A stretch of DNA of 64,000 nucleotides from an uncultured Gemmatimonadales bacterium (GCA_963716255.1 OY970303.1:7904001-7968000); one strand, 5' to 3'; counted from the first letter of the stretch, positions 48,590 through 58,247 are shown. Program-made: numbers and translations. The notes: a model not told the origin generated them from the sequence alone.

Positions 48590-49561
48590 ATGTCCAGCAG
48601 CACTCCCGTCGTCCACAAGTCCACCGCCTCCGCCCTGCGGGGGCGGCTCCCCGAGCTCGTCCTGGTGCTGGTCACCCTGGTGTGGGGCGGCACCTTCCTG
48701 GTGGCCCAGCTCGCGCTCCGCGAGACCGGCCCTTTCGGGCTCCTCGCCGTGCGCTTCAGCGTGGCCGCGGCCGCGCTCTTTCTCCTTTTCTTCCGGCGCG
48801 TCCGCGGCCTCACCCGGGCCGAGCTGCGCGCCGGCGCGGGGATCGGGGTGGTGACCTTCGCGGCGTACGCGCTGCAGACCGCGGGCCTTCAGCACATCCC
48901 CAGCAGCCGCTCGGCCTTCCTGGTGGCGATGTACGTCCCGGTGGTGCCGCTGCTGCAGCTCGCCCTGCTGCGCCGTGCGCCGCGCGTTTCCGCCTGGGCG
49001 GGGATCGCGCTCTCGTTCGCCGGCCTGGTGCTGCTCTCGGCGGGGGAGGGGCTCACCCCGGTGCTGGGCCGCGGCGACTGGCTGACGCTGGGCGGCGCGC
49101 TCGCATCCGCCCTGCAGATCGTGCTGGTGAGCCGCTGGGCGCCCGGCGCCGACCCCATCCGCCTGGCGCTGGTGCAGCTCGCCGCGGTCGCCGCGCTGTC
49201 GCTGCTCGCCCTCCCGCTGTCCGGCGAGGGGATCCCCGCGCCCACCCCGCTGCTGCTGGGGGCCGGGATCGCGCTGGGGCTCTTCGCCACGGCCTTCGTC
49301 ATGGCGGCGATGAACTGGGCGCAGCAGACCGTCCCGGCGACCCGCGCCACGGTGATCTACGCCATGGAGCCGGTGTGGGGCGGGATCGTGGGCGCGCTGG
49401 CCGGCGAGGTGATGACGCGCGGCACCGTGGGTGGCTCCGCGCTGATCGTGCTGGGTGTGCTGGTGAGCGAGCTCGCCTGGCCGCGCCGGCGGATCAAGTC
49501 CGGGGAGAGCGCGCCCGTATCGGCGCGCCCGGAGGAGCCGGCCGAGCGCCGGGCGGCCTGA
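48590..49561 (+). CDS. EamA/DMT family transporter
   Basis: VTLVWGGTF, LQTAGL, IYAMEPVW; about 10 TM segments. Confidence 0.92.
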   Translation: MSSSTPVVHKSTASALRGRLPELVLVLVTLVWGGTFLVAQLALRETGPFGLLAVRFSVAAAALFLLFFRRVRGLTRAELRAGAGIGVVTFAAYALQTAGLQHIPSSRSAFLVAMYVPVVPLLQLALLRRAPRVSAWAGIALSFAGLVLLSAGEGLTPVLGRGDWLTLGGALASALQIVLVSRWAPGADPIRLALVQLAAVAALSLLALPLSGEGIPAPTPLLLGAGIALGLFATAFVMAAMNWAQQTVPATRATVIYAMEPVWGGIVGALAGEVMTRGTVGGSALIVLGVLVSELAWPRRRIKSGESAPVSARPEEPAERRAA

Positions 49562-49582
49562 CCACGGGAGCGATTCCGGCCC

Positions 49583-50041
49583 GGCGGCCCTCACCCGACT
49601 CGCTGGAGGCTCGCCATCCTCTCCCAATCCTGGGAGAGGGGGCCAACAGCGTGTGCTCCGGCTGGCTCCGTGTATGGGGTCGGCCGGGGGAGGCTGCTCC
49701 GTCGGTGCGAAACTCGCCCACCCTCCGTGCGAGGGCGGGATCACGCTGGCTTCGAACAACGCACCTCCTGCGCAGCCTCCCCCGACCTCCCTGCGCAGAT
49801 CGCAACGGCAAACTGCCTGACCTTCGGTCAGCCCTCCCCCGTTCCGGGGGAGGGTGGCGGCTCTCAGGCCGCCGGGTGGGGGCCCCAGCCGACGCCAGCG
49901 CCACCCCCGCGTGAGGGATTTCGGCCCGAAGGGGCGAGACCCGGCGGGGCTGTTTCCGCCGGGTCTCGACTCCGTTACGCACGGTTGTTTCGTGCGTTAC
50001 GGAGCCGAAGCCCGACCCCGGCGCCCGCCGGGGGCACGCCC
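49583..50041 (-). repeat. Composite repeat: palindromes + shortened module B + core A copy 10 (49908-50041)
   Basis: Stem ACGCACG/CGTGCGT. Confidence 0.93.
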
Positions 50042-50148
50042 AACCCTGAAGTTCAAGTCATAACCCCTTCGCAAGAGTTGACGCGACCCCGCAAAACCGG
50101 GTAGCTTCCGCCCCGAATCTCACCCGAAACGAAGCGACGAGACGCCCG

Positions 50149-52056
50149 ATGCCGCGCAGGATCCACGTTCTCCCCGAAAGGCTCGCAAACCAGATCGCCG
50201 CCGGGGAGGTGGTGGAGCGTCCCGCGTCGGTGGTCAAGGAGCTGGTGGAGAACGCCCTGGACGCGGGGGCGGCGCGCATCGAGATCGTCCTGCGGGGCGG
50301 GGGCAAGACGGAGATCAGGGTGGCGGACGACGGCTGGGGGATGGGGCGCGACGACGCGCTGCTCTCGCTGGACCGCCACGCCACCAGCAAGATCAAGGAC
50401 CCCGCGGACCTGGCCCGGATCCGCACCCTGGGCTTCCGCGGCGAGGCGCTGCCGTCCATCGCATCGGTGTCGCGGCTGGTGCTGGAAACGGCGGAGCGCG
50501 ACGCGGACGGCACGCGGGTGGTGGTGAGCGGCGGGCAGACGCAGGGGGTGGAGGGATGCGCGCGGCGGCGGGGGACCACGGTGGCGGTGCGCAGCCTGTT
50601 CTTCAACGTGCCGGCGCGCGCCAAGTTCCTGCGCACGGCGGCCGCGGAGAGCCGGGCCGTGAGCGAGGTGGTGACCACGCTGGCGCTGTCGCACCCGGGG
50701 ATCGCGTTCTCGCTGGAGAGCAACGAGCGCGAGGTCCTGTCGCTCCCGGCGGTCCCGTCGCTGGCGGCGCGGGTGGGCGGGATCTGGGGGGGCGACATGG
50801 CGGATGAGCTGATGCCGGTGGCGCACCGCGACGGCGACGTGGCACTCACCGGGCTGATCCAGCGTCCGCACTCGGCCACGCCCGGCGGGCGGCGCGCGTA
50901 CCTGTTCGTGAACGGCCGCCCTTTCGGCGAGAAGCTGCTGGTGCGCGCGGCGGACCGCGGCTACCGCACCACCATCCCCGAGGGGGTGCATCCCTCGCTC
51001 TTCCTGTTCCTGGAGGTGCCGGACGGGGACGTGGACGTCAACGTCCACCCGGCGAAGGCGGAGGTGCGCTTCCGCGACCGCGCCGCCGTCGAGCGGCTGG
51101 TGGAGGAGGGGGTGCGCGCGGCCCTGTCGGCGCTGGCGAGCACGCCGGCCCTCGGGCGGCGCGACCCGGTGGAGGGGGTGCCGTCGTTCTCGTCGTCCGC
51201 GGGGGCGACGTACCGGCGCGCGGAAGCGGGGCTGCGGGCCACGCGCGAGGCGCCGCCCTTCGGGGAGCCGCGGCGCGAGGCGGCGCCCGGCGGCGGGCGG
51301 GTGGGCTACGGGGGAATGCCGGCGCCGCTGGGCGCGCAGCGCGCGGCGCCGCGGCCGCCGGAGGCGTCGCAGATGGCGCTCTTCTTCTCGGGCGCGCCCC
51401 TGGCCGCGGAGGAGGGGGCGGGCGCGGAGGAGGGCGGGCGCGAGCCGGAGGGGGAGGCGCAGGAGGCGCAGGCGGCGCCGCCGGTGATGTGGCAGGTGCA
51501 CAACACCTACATCCTGGCGGAAACGCGCACCGGTCTGATCCTGGTGGACCAGCACTCGGCCCACGAGCGGGTGCTGTACGAGGAGCTGGTGCGGGGGATC
51601 GAGCGGGGGGAGCGGGCCAGCCAGCGGCTGCTCTTCCCGCTGACGCTGCGGCTGTCGCCGGCGGAGTACGCGCTGGTGGAGGAGGTGTCGGGGATCCTGC
51701 TGCGCGCGGGGTTCGAGATCGAGCCCTTCGGCGGGCGGGCGGTGATCGTGCACGGGGTTCCCAACCCGCACCCGCACTTCGACGCGGAGCGCTGCCTGCG
51801 CGAGATGATCGCGGAATTGACGGAGGGTTCTGACCTGGTGGACTCGGTGCGGAGCCAGGGGCAGCGGATCGCGCTGTCGTTCGCATGCAAGGGCGCCATC
51901 AAGGCGGGGCAGAAGCTGTCGCAGGAGGAGATGCGCGAGCTGTTCGACCGGCTGTTCGCCACGGAATTGCCGTACCACGACATCCACGGGCGGCCGACCG
52001 TCATCCAGCTGTCGCTCAAGGAGCTGCACAACCGCTTCGGGCGAGGAGGGGTGTGA
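50149..52056 (+). CDS. mutL: DNA mismatch repair protein MutL
   Basis: NQIAAGEVVERPASVVKELVENALDAG, LGFRGEAL, DVNVHPAK, DQHSAHER, ACKGAIK, HGRP. Confidence 0.97.
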   Translation: MPRRIHVLPERLANQIAAGEVVERPASVVKELVENALDAGAARIEIVLRGGGKTEIRVADDGWGMGRDDALLSLDRHATSKIKDPADLARIRTLGFRGEALPSIASVSRLVLETAERDADGTRVVVSGGQTQGVEGCARRRGTTVAVRSLFFNVPARAKFLRTAAAESRAVSEVVTTLALSHPGIAFSLESNEREVLSLPAVPSLAARVGGIWGGDMADELMPVAHRDGDVALTGLIQRPHSATPGGRRAYLFVNGRPFGEKLLVRAADRGYRTTIPEGVHPSLFLFLEVPDGDVDVNVHPAKAEVRFRDRAAVERLVEEGVRAALSALASTPALGRRDPVEGVPSFSSSAGATYRRAEAGLRATREAPPFGEPRREAAPGGGRVGYGGMPAPLGAQRAAPRPPEASQMALFFSGAPLAAEEGAGAEEGGREPEGEAQEAQAAPPVMWQVHNTYILAETRTGLILVDQHSAHERVLYEELVRGIERGERASQRLLFPLTLRLSPAEYALVEEVSGILLRAGFEIEPFGGRAVIVHGVPNPHPHFDAERCLREMIAELTEGSDLVDSVRSQGQRIALSFACKGAIKAGQKLSQEEMRELFDRLFATELPYHDIHGRPTVIQLSLKELHNRFGRGGV

Positions 52057-52086
52057 GGGTTTCCTCTGTCTTTGGCGGGCCGCTAC

Positions 52087-52325
52087 GGAGCCAGGCCAAA
52101 CTGCGGCCTGTCTCCTCCGCGGGCTCCGGGAGCCCCACGATACGGCTGTGGGTTTCCCTTCGCCGGAGGGAGCCTCGCCGAACTGCCGGCGAGTCTCCCT
52201 CCGTACAGAGTGATGTGGGTACTGCGGGAACTGCGGAACGGCAACGGCGGAACGGCCCGGGAACGGCGCCGCTCCGCCGTTCGTCTTGCTCCCCTCCCCC
52301 TTGCGGGGAGGGGCCGGGGGAGGGG
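52087..52325 (+). repeat. Array of three GGAGC-stem-loop-stem-TYTCC hairpins plus REP-like palindrome
   Basis: Units at 52087, 52129 and 52169; cccctccccttgcggggagggg-type palindrome at about 52291. Confidence 0.85.
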
Positions 52326-52330
52326 CTCCC

Positions 52331-53278
52331 ATGACCCCCGAGGCCCTGGTGCTGGTGGGCCCCACGTCGTCGGGGAAGACGGCGCTCTCCGTGGAGGTGG
52401 CGCGGCGGCTGGACGGGGAGATCGTCTCCATGGACTCGCGCTCGGTGTTCCGGGGGATGGACGTGGGGACGGCGAAGCCCACGCCGGAGGAGCGCGGCGG
52501 GGTGCCGCACCACGGGATCGACCTGGTGGAGCCGGACGTGCGCTTCAGCGCGGGGGAGTTCGCGCGCTACGCCCGCCCCAGGATCGCGGAGATCCGCGCC
52601 CGCGGCCGGGTGCCGATGCTGGTGGGCGGAACCGGTTTCTTTCTCCGCGCGCTCACGCACCCTATCTTTCGCGAGCCGGAGCTGGACCCGGCGGCGCGCG
52701 CGCGGCTGGCGGCGGAGCTGGAGGCGCTGGACGACGCGGAGCTGCTGGCGCGGCTCCGCGAGGTGGACCCCGACGCCGCGGCGAAGTTCGCCGCCTGGGG
52801 AGGGCGCCAGCGGGTGCTGCGGGCGCTGGAGGTGCCGCTGCTCACCGGCCGGACGCTGGCCTGGTGGCACGCCCACTCGCCCCCGGAGGAGCCCCCGGTG
52901 CCGGTGCTCCCCTTCGTGCTGGAGGTGCCGCGCCCGGTGCTGGCGGAGCGCATCGACCGGCGGGTCCGGGAGATGGTGCGGGGCGGGCTGCTGGACGAGG
53001 TGCGCGGCCTCCTGGAGCGCTACGGCCCCGCGGCCCCGGGCCTGAACGCCCACGGCTACGCGGAGCTGGTGCCGTACTTCGCCGGCGAGCGCACGCTGGA
53101 GGAGGCGCTGGAGCTGGTGAAAAAGAACACCCGGGCCTACACCAAGCGCCAGGCGACCTGGTTCCGCACCCAGCTCCCCCCCGGCGCCGTCTGGCTGGAC
53201 GGCACGAGGCCGAAGGAGAAGCTGGCGGACGAGATCGCGGCGCGCTGGCGGGAAGGAACGGCAGAGGACAGAGAATAG
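52331..53278 (+). CDS. miaA: tRNA dimethylallyltransferase
   Basis: GPTSSGKT, DSRSVFRGMDVGTAKP, VGGTGFF, KRQATWF. Confidence 0.96.
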   Translation: MTPEALVLVGPTSSGKTALSVEVARRLDGEIVSMDSRSVFRGMDVGTAKPTPEERGGVPHHGIDLVEPDVRFSAGEFARYARPRIAEIRARGRVPMLVGGTGFFLRALTHPIFREPELDPAARARLAAELEALDDAELLARLREVDPDAAAKFAAWGGRQRVLRALEVPLLTGRTLAWWHAHSPPEEPPVPVLPFVLEVPRPVLAERIDRRVREMVRGGLLDEVRGLLERYGPAAPGLNAHGYAELVPYFAGERTLEEALELVKKNTRAYTKRQATWFRTQLPPGAVWLDGTRPKEKLADEIAARWREGTAEDRE

Positions 53279-53311
53279 GGGATAGGGGACAGGGGACAGC
53301 CTGCAACGGCG

Positions 53312-53588
53312 ACCCCCCTCCCCCCGGCCCCCTCCCCCGCTAAGGGGGGAGGGGGAGCAGGGCGGAGCCGAGGGACAGGAAGCCCTCCCCCAGAATTGGG
53401 GGATATTGGGGGAAAGCCGTGCGAGCCTGAAGCGAGCCGGGTGGGGGCCGCCTTCGCGTGAGGGATTTCGGCCCGAAGGGGCGAGACCCGGCGGGGCTGT
53501 TTCCGCCGGGGCTCGACTCCGTTGCAGACGGTTGTTTCGTCTGCTACGGAGCCGAAGCCCGACCCCGGCGCCAGCCGGGGGCACGCCC
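53312..53588 (-). repeat. Composite repeat: palindromes + core A copy 11 (53455-53588)
   Basis: Stem GCAGACG/CGTCTGC. Confidence 0.93.
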
Positions 53589-53627
53589 ACACCATGCAGT
53601 TCAACCGTTCCTTACGAAACGAAACCC

Positions 53628-54803
53628 GTGAAGATCGGAATCACCTGCTACCCGACGTACGGCGGCTCGGGGGCCATCGCGACGGAGCTGGGGATCGAGC
53701 TGGCAAAGCGCGGCCACGAGATCCACTTCATCTCGTACGCGCAGCCCTTCCGCCTGCCGCACTTCATGGAGCGCGTCTACTTCCACGAGGTGGACGACAA
53801 CCGCTATCCCCTCTTCGAGTACTCGCCCTACCCGCTGACGCTGGCGGTGATGATGCACGAGGTGGCGATCCGCGAGGAGCTGGACCTGCTGCACGTGCAC
53901 TACGCCATCCCGCACGCCACCTCGGCGTGGATCGCAAAGGAGATGCTGGGCGAGGGGCACGACCTCAAGATCATCACCACGCTGCACGGCACGGACATCA
54001 CGCTGGTGGGACAGGACCGCTCGTACTGGCCCATCACCCGCTTCTCCATCGCCAAGTCGGACGGGATCACGGCGGTCTCGGACTTCCTCAAGCAGGAGAC
54101 GGTGGACCACTTCCAGGTGCCGCCGGCGGACATCGAGGTGATCCCCAACTTCGTGGACGCGTCACTCTACGACCGCGACCGCTACCCCTGCCGCAAGCAG
54201 GCGCTGCTGGAGCCCGGGGAGAAGCTGGTGATGCACGTGTCCAACTTCCGCAAGGTGAAGCGGGTGGGCGACGTGGTGCGGACCTTCGCGGGGATCCAGG
54301 AGCAGGTGCCCTCGCGCCTGGTGCTGGTGGGCGACGGGCCGGAGCGCCCGGACGCCATCGCCGTGGCGGAGGAGCTGGGGGTGGCCGGCCGGGTGATCTT
54401 TCTGGGGAAGCAGGACTCGGTGGCGGAGCTCATGGCGTGCGCGGACCTGCTCCTGCTCCCCTCGCAGTCGGAGTCGTTCGGGCTGGTGGCGCTGGAGGCC
54501 ATGGCGGCGGGGGTGCCGGTGGTGGCCAGCGCGGTGGGCGGGCTCCCGGAGGTGGTGGAGGACGGGGTCAACGGCTTCCTCCGGCCGGTGGGCGCCACGC
54601 GGGAGATGGCGGAGGCGGCGGTCTCGCTGCTGCGCGACCCGGTACGGTGGAACGAGTTCTCGCGCTCGGCGCGGACGACGGCGCGGGAGCGCTACGGGGT
54701 GGACGTGATCGTCCCCCAGTACGAGCGCTACTACCGGCGCGTCCTGGCCGGCGGCGGAGCGGGCGGTGCGGAGCTCCCCCGGGCGGCGGCGGGGGGCGCA
54801 TGA
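53628..54803 (+). CDS. bshA: N-acetyl-alpha-D-glucosaminyl L-malate synthase (bacillithiol biosynthesis)
   Basis: KIGITCYPTYGGSG..ATELG, LHVHYAIPHA, TTLHGTDITLVG, HVSNFRKVKR, ESFGLVALEAM. Confidence 0.93.
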   Translation: MKIGITCYPTYGGSGAIATELGIELAKRGHEIHFISYAQPFRLPHFMERVYFHEVDDNRYPLFEYSPYPLTLAVMMHEVAIREELDLLHVHYAIPHATSAWIAKEMLGEGHDLKIITTLHGTDITLVGQDRSYWPITRFSIAKSDGITAVSDFLKQETVDHFQVPPADIEVIPNFVDASLYDRDRYPCRKQALLEPGEKLVMHVSNFRKVKRVGDVVRTFAGIQEQVPSRLVLVGDGPERPDAIAVAEELGVAGRVIFLGKQDSVAELMACADLLLLPSQSESFGLVALEAMAAGVPVVASAVGGLPEVVEDGVNGFLRPVGATREMAEAAVSLLRDPVRWNEFSRSARTTARERYGVDVIVPQYERYYRRVLAGGGAGGAELPRAAAGGA

Positions 54804-55651
54804 CGCTCTCGGCGGAGGTGAGGATGCTGCTGGAAATGGCGCTGGCGGAGGACGTGGGCTCGGGCGACCGGACCACGCTGTGGACCTTTCCGGCGGGGAC
54901 GCGGGGGGAGGCGGAGATCGTCGCCAAGGAGGGCGGGACGCTGGCGGGGATGCCGGTGTGCGTGGCGGCCTTCCAGGCGGTGGACCCGTCGCTGGCGGTG
55001 GAATCGCTGGCGGAGGACGGCGCGCAGGTGGAGCCGGGCGCGGTGGTGCTGCGGGCGCGCGGGTCGGCGGCGTCCATCCTCACGGCGGAGCGCACGGCGC
55101 TCAACTTCCTCCAGCAGCTTTCCGGGGTGGCGACGGCGACGCGCCGCTACGTGCGCGCGGTGGAGGGGACGGGCGCGCGGGTGATCGACACGCGCAAGAC
55201 GACGCCGGGAATGCGCCTGCTGGAAAAGGACGCGGTGCGCGCGGGCGGCGGGGCCAACCACCGCTTCGGGCTCCACGACATGGTGCTGATCAAGGACAAC
55301 CACATCGCCGCGGCGGGGGGGATCGCGGCGGCGGTGCGCGCGGTCCGGGAGCACAACGTGGAGCGGCTCAGGGTGGAGGTGGAGACCACCACGCCGGAGG
55401 AGGTGGAGGAGGCGCTGGCGGCGGGGGTGGACCGCATCATGTTCGACAACATGCCGACCCCGCTGCTGGCGCGGATGGTGGCGCGGGTGCACGCCGCCGG
55501 CGCGGGGCGCCCGGAAACGGAGGCGTCGGGCGGGATCACGCTGGACTCCATCCGCGCGGTGGCGGAGACGGGGGTGGACTTCATCTCGGTGGGGGCGCTG
55601 ACGCACTCGGCCCCGGCGCTGGACCTGTCGCTGCGCCTGCGGCAGGGCTGA
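54800..55651 (+). CDS. nadC: Quinolinate phosphoribosyltransferase
   Basis: ERTALNFLQ, DTRKTTPG, HRFGL..LIKDNH, EASGGI, ISVGALTHS. Confidence 0.96.
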   Translation: MTLSAEVRMLLEMALAEDVGSGDRTTLWTFPAGTRGEAEIVAKEGGTLAGMPVCVAAFQAVDPSLAVESLAEDGAQVEPGAVVLRARGSAASILTAERTALNFLQQLSGVATATRRYVRAVEGTGARVIDTRKTTPGMRLLEKDAVRAGGGANHRFGLHDMVLIKDNHIAAAGGIAAAVRAVREHNVERLRVEVETTTPEEVEEALAAGVDRIMFDNMPTPLLARMVARVHAAGAGRPETEASGGITLDSIRAVAETGVDFISVGALTHSAPALDLSLRLRQG

Positions 55652-55658
55652 GGCGGGG

Positions 55659-56492
55659 ATGATCGAGGAGCGGACGGAGCGCTGGGAGGGCCGCGCGGGC
55701 GCGGAGCTGGCGGCGGCGTGGGGGATCCCCGCGCTGCACCCGTTCCTCAGCGTGGGCTCCACCAACGACGTGGCCCGCGCGCTGGCGGAGGCCGGGGCGC
55801 CGGCCGGCACCGCGGTGATCGCGGAGGAGCAGCGGGCGGGGCGGGGAAGGGGCGGCCGGCACTGGGTGTCGCCGCCGGGGCTGGGGATCTGGCTGTCGGT
55901 GGTGCTGCGCCCGGCGGAGCTGCCGGCCCCGGGGCTGCTCCCGCTGCGGGTGGGGCTGGCGGCGGCGGCGGCGCTGGACGCCTTCGCGCGGCCCGGGCGG
56001 GTGGACGTGAAGTGGCCCAACGACCTGCTGGTGGCCGGCCGCAAGCTGGGCGGGATCCTGTGCGAGGGGAGCTGGGACGCGGCGGGGGTGAGCTTCGTGG
56101 TGGCGGGAATCGGGGTCAACGCCGCCCACGCGCCGGACGACTTCCCGGCGTTGCTGCGGGAGCACGCCACCTCGCTGCGCATGGCGGCGGGGTGGAGTCC
56201 GCCGCGCGTGGAGGTGGCGGGCGCCCTGGCGCGCGCCCTCGTCGCGCTCCCCACCCGCTTCGCCGCGACGCTCTCGGACGGGGAGCTGGCGGAGCTGGAG
56301 CGCCGCGACGCGCTCCGCGGCCTGGCCGTGCGCGTCACCGCCGAGGGCGCCGCACCGCTGGAGGGGCTGGCGCAGGGCGTGGCGCCCGACGGCGCCCTGC
56401 GCCTGCGCACCGCGGACGGCGCGGTCGTGGCGGTGCACTCGGGCACCGTGCGCCCCCTGGGCGACGGCGCCTCCGTCCCCATGGCGGACTAG
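55659..56492 (+). CDS. birA: Biotin-protein ligase (no HTH)
   Basis: STND, QRAGRGRGGRHW, KWPNDL, KLGGIL, GIGVN. Confidence 0.93.
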   Translation: MIEERTERWEGRAGAELAAAWGIPALHPFLSVGSTNDVARALAEAGAPAGTAVIAEEQRAGRGRGGRHWVSPPGLGIWLSVVLRPAELPAPGLLPLRVGLAAAAALDAFARPGRVDVKWPNDLLVAGRKLGGILCEGSWDAAGVSFVVAGIGVNAAHAPDDFPALLREHATSLRMAAGWSPPRVEVAGALARALVALPTRFAATLSDGELAELERRDALRGLAVRVTAEGAAPLEGLAQGVAPDGALRLRTADGAVVAVHSGTVRPLGDGASVPMAD

Positions 56493-56588
56493 ACGGCCGG
56501 CGGTCCGGGACGGGGGCAGGGGGAGCCTGCAGACTGCAACGGGGGGGGGCACGGCCCCGGCTTCGCTCCTGGAAACGACGTAAATCAT

Positions 56589-56622
56589 GCGCCCCGCGAG
56601 ACTTCGGTCTCGCGGGGCGTTT
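56589..56622 (+). terminator. Intrinsic terminator after the mutL-birA run
   Basis: gcgccccgcgagac-TTCG-gtctcgcggggcgt followed by ttg. Confidence 0.7.
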
Positions 56623-56772
56623 GTAATCATATGACGTGAAACAAAACACTTGACGTCGCCACTTCGAAAATATATCTATACGGTGCGTTCATTTTCAGAC
56701 TGATTATGAAACCGGATGAGTCCTGAGTCTGATTGGAGCCGTTTTTCGCGATCTGGATCCAAGGAGCTGTCG

Positions 56773-57915
56773 ATGATTCGCAGGGCGTTCGCCGTCGCTT
56801 CAGTGCTTCTTTCCTCGTGGGCCGCCACGGACCTGTCGTCGCAGGCGACGCGGCTCCCGGCGGGTGACGTCGCGATCACGGCGCGCCCGCAGGTGAGCTT
56901 CACGGTGGGTGTGGAGGACGGGCAGGACTGGGAAGTGTTCGCGAGCGTGGGGGACGTGGCGTTCGACTCCAGGGACAACCTGTACGTCCTGGACCGCGGA
57001 AACTCGCGCGTGGTGGCGTTCGACTCCACGGGGCGCTTCCTGCGCATCATCGGCAAGCGAGGAAACGGCCCCGGAGAGCTCGCCATGCCGCAGCGGATGA
57101 CGGTGGCCGGCGACGAGGTGGTGGTGTCCGACCTGGCGCGGAGGTCGTTCAGCGTCTTCGGCGTCGACGGCTCGTTCCTCCGCAGCATTCCGTTCGCCCA
57201 CGGCTCCATGATGGTCGGCGAAAGGCTGGCGGTGCACCCCCGCGGCGGCGTGGTGTCGCTCTTCTCGCGGGCCCCTGGGTTGAACTCGCCCCGCGCACAG
57301 GTGGTGTGGCAGCCTCTCGGGGGCGCGCCCGCCGCGCCGCTCTTCACTGCGCCGCCGTCGCGCTCGGCGCTGGTATTCGCTCCCTCCACGCGGTACGCCC
57401 TCATGCCGGGGGGCGCACTGGCCGTGGCGAGCACCGAAGCGTACTCCGTGAGGATCCTAGCGCCGAACGGCGCCTCCACGCGCGTCCTGGAGCGCGCGGT
57501 CGCCCCGCGGCGGGTGACGGCGCGCGACCGGGAGCAGGAAAGGAAGCGCCGCGAGGGATTCGGGCGTCCGGGCGCGCTCACCATCGTGGGGCCCGGAGCG
57601 AACGCGCTTCCCGCCTCGGTGCATGCCCAGGTCGCCCGGCAGTTCCAGAACGTGGAGTTCGCCGCCGTGATGCCGGTGATCCAGGCGCTGCAGACGGACG
57701 CGGCGGGGAACCTCTGGATCCAGCGCACCGGACCCGCGGTCGGCCGCCCGGGGCCCATCGACATCGTCACCCCGCAGGGGCGCTACGTGGGCACCCTCAC
57801 CAGCGTGCGGCTCCCCGACGCATTCAGCGCCCGGGGACGGGCGGCGTACATAGATACGGATGATCTCGGCGTGGCCAGGGTGGTGGTGCTCCGCCTGCCG
57901 CGCCGCTGGCGGTAG
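56773..57915 (+). CDS. Secreted 6-bladed (NHL-like) beta-propeller protein
   Basis: Signal peptide; DVAFDSRDNLYVLD, FLRIIGKRGNGPGEL; AAGGAG RBS. Confidence 0.88.
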   Translation: MIRRAFAVASVLLSSWAATDLSSQATRLPAGDVAITARPQVSFTVGVEDGQDWEVFASVGDVAFDSRDNLYVLDRGNSRVVAFDSTGRFLRIIGKRGNGPGELAMPQRMTVAGDEVVVSDLARRSFSVFGVDGSFLRSIPFAHGSMMVGERLAVHPRGGVVSLFSRAPGLNSPRAQVVWQPLGGAPAAPLFTAPPSRSALVFAPSTRYALMPGGALAVASTEAYSVRILAPNGASTRVLERAVAPRRVTARDREQERKRREGFGRPGALTIVGPGANALPASVHAQVARQFQNVEFAAVMPVIQALQTDAAGNLWIQRTGPAVGRPGPIDIVTPQGRYVGTLTSVRLPDAFSARGRAAYIDTDDLGVARVVVLRLPRRWR

Positions 57916-58028
57916 CTGCGCCAGCCGCCCGTCCCCGTTCTTCTCTCAATACTTCCCGAGCGTGTCCGCGCCGCCCCCTCTAGGCGGTGTGGTTGCAGGT
58001 CCCCACTCATCTGTTCAAGGGAGGCGTT

Positions 58029-58247
58029 ATGCGGAAGGTGAAACATCTGCTGATGGCCGTCGTGGCCGCGACCACGCTGACGGTGGGCGCTCCGCCGCAG
58101 GCTTCGGCCGCCGAGGTGACGGCGGCGTCGATCCAGGCGGCCCTGCTCCCCGACGGGACCTACGCGGTGGTGGAGAATGGCAGGGTCATCGGCTACATCA
58201 CCATCAGGAACGGCGTGATCGTTGGCTCTTCTTCTCCCCAGAACTGA
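58029..58247 (+). CDS. Small secreted protein 1 (72 aa)
   Basis: AAGGGAGG RBS; signal peptide MRKVKHLLMAVVAATTLTVG..ASA; mature part contains GTYAVVENGRVIGYI. Confidence 0.75.
   Translation: MRKVKHLLMAVVAATTLTVGAPPQASAAEVTAASIQAALLPDGTYAVVENGRVIGYITIRNGVIVGSSSPQN

Noticed and set aside
56650..56680. Sigma70 promoter TTGACG...tatatctata
   Set aside because: AT-rich and plausible, but no -10 hexamer fits at 16-18 bp spacing well enough to call.
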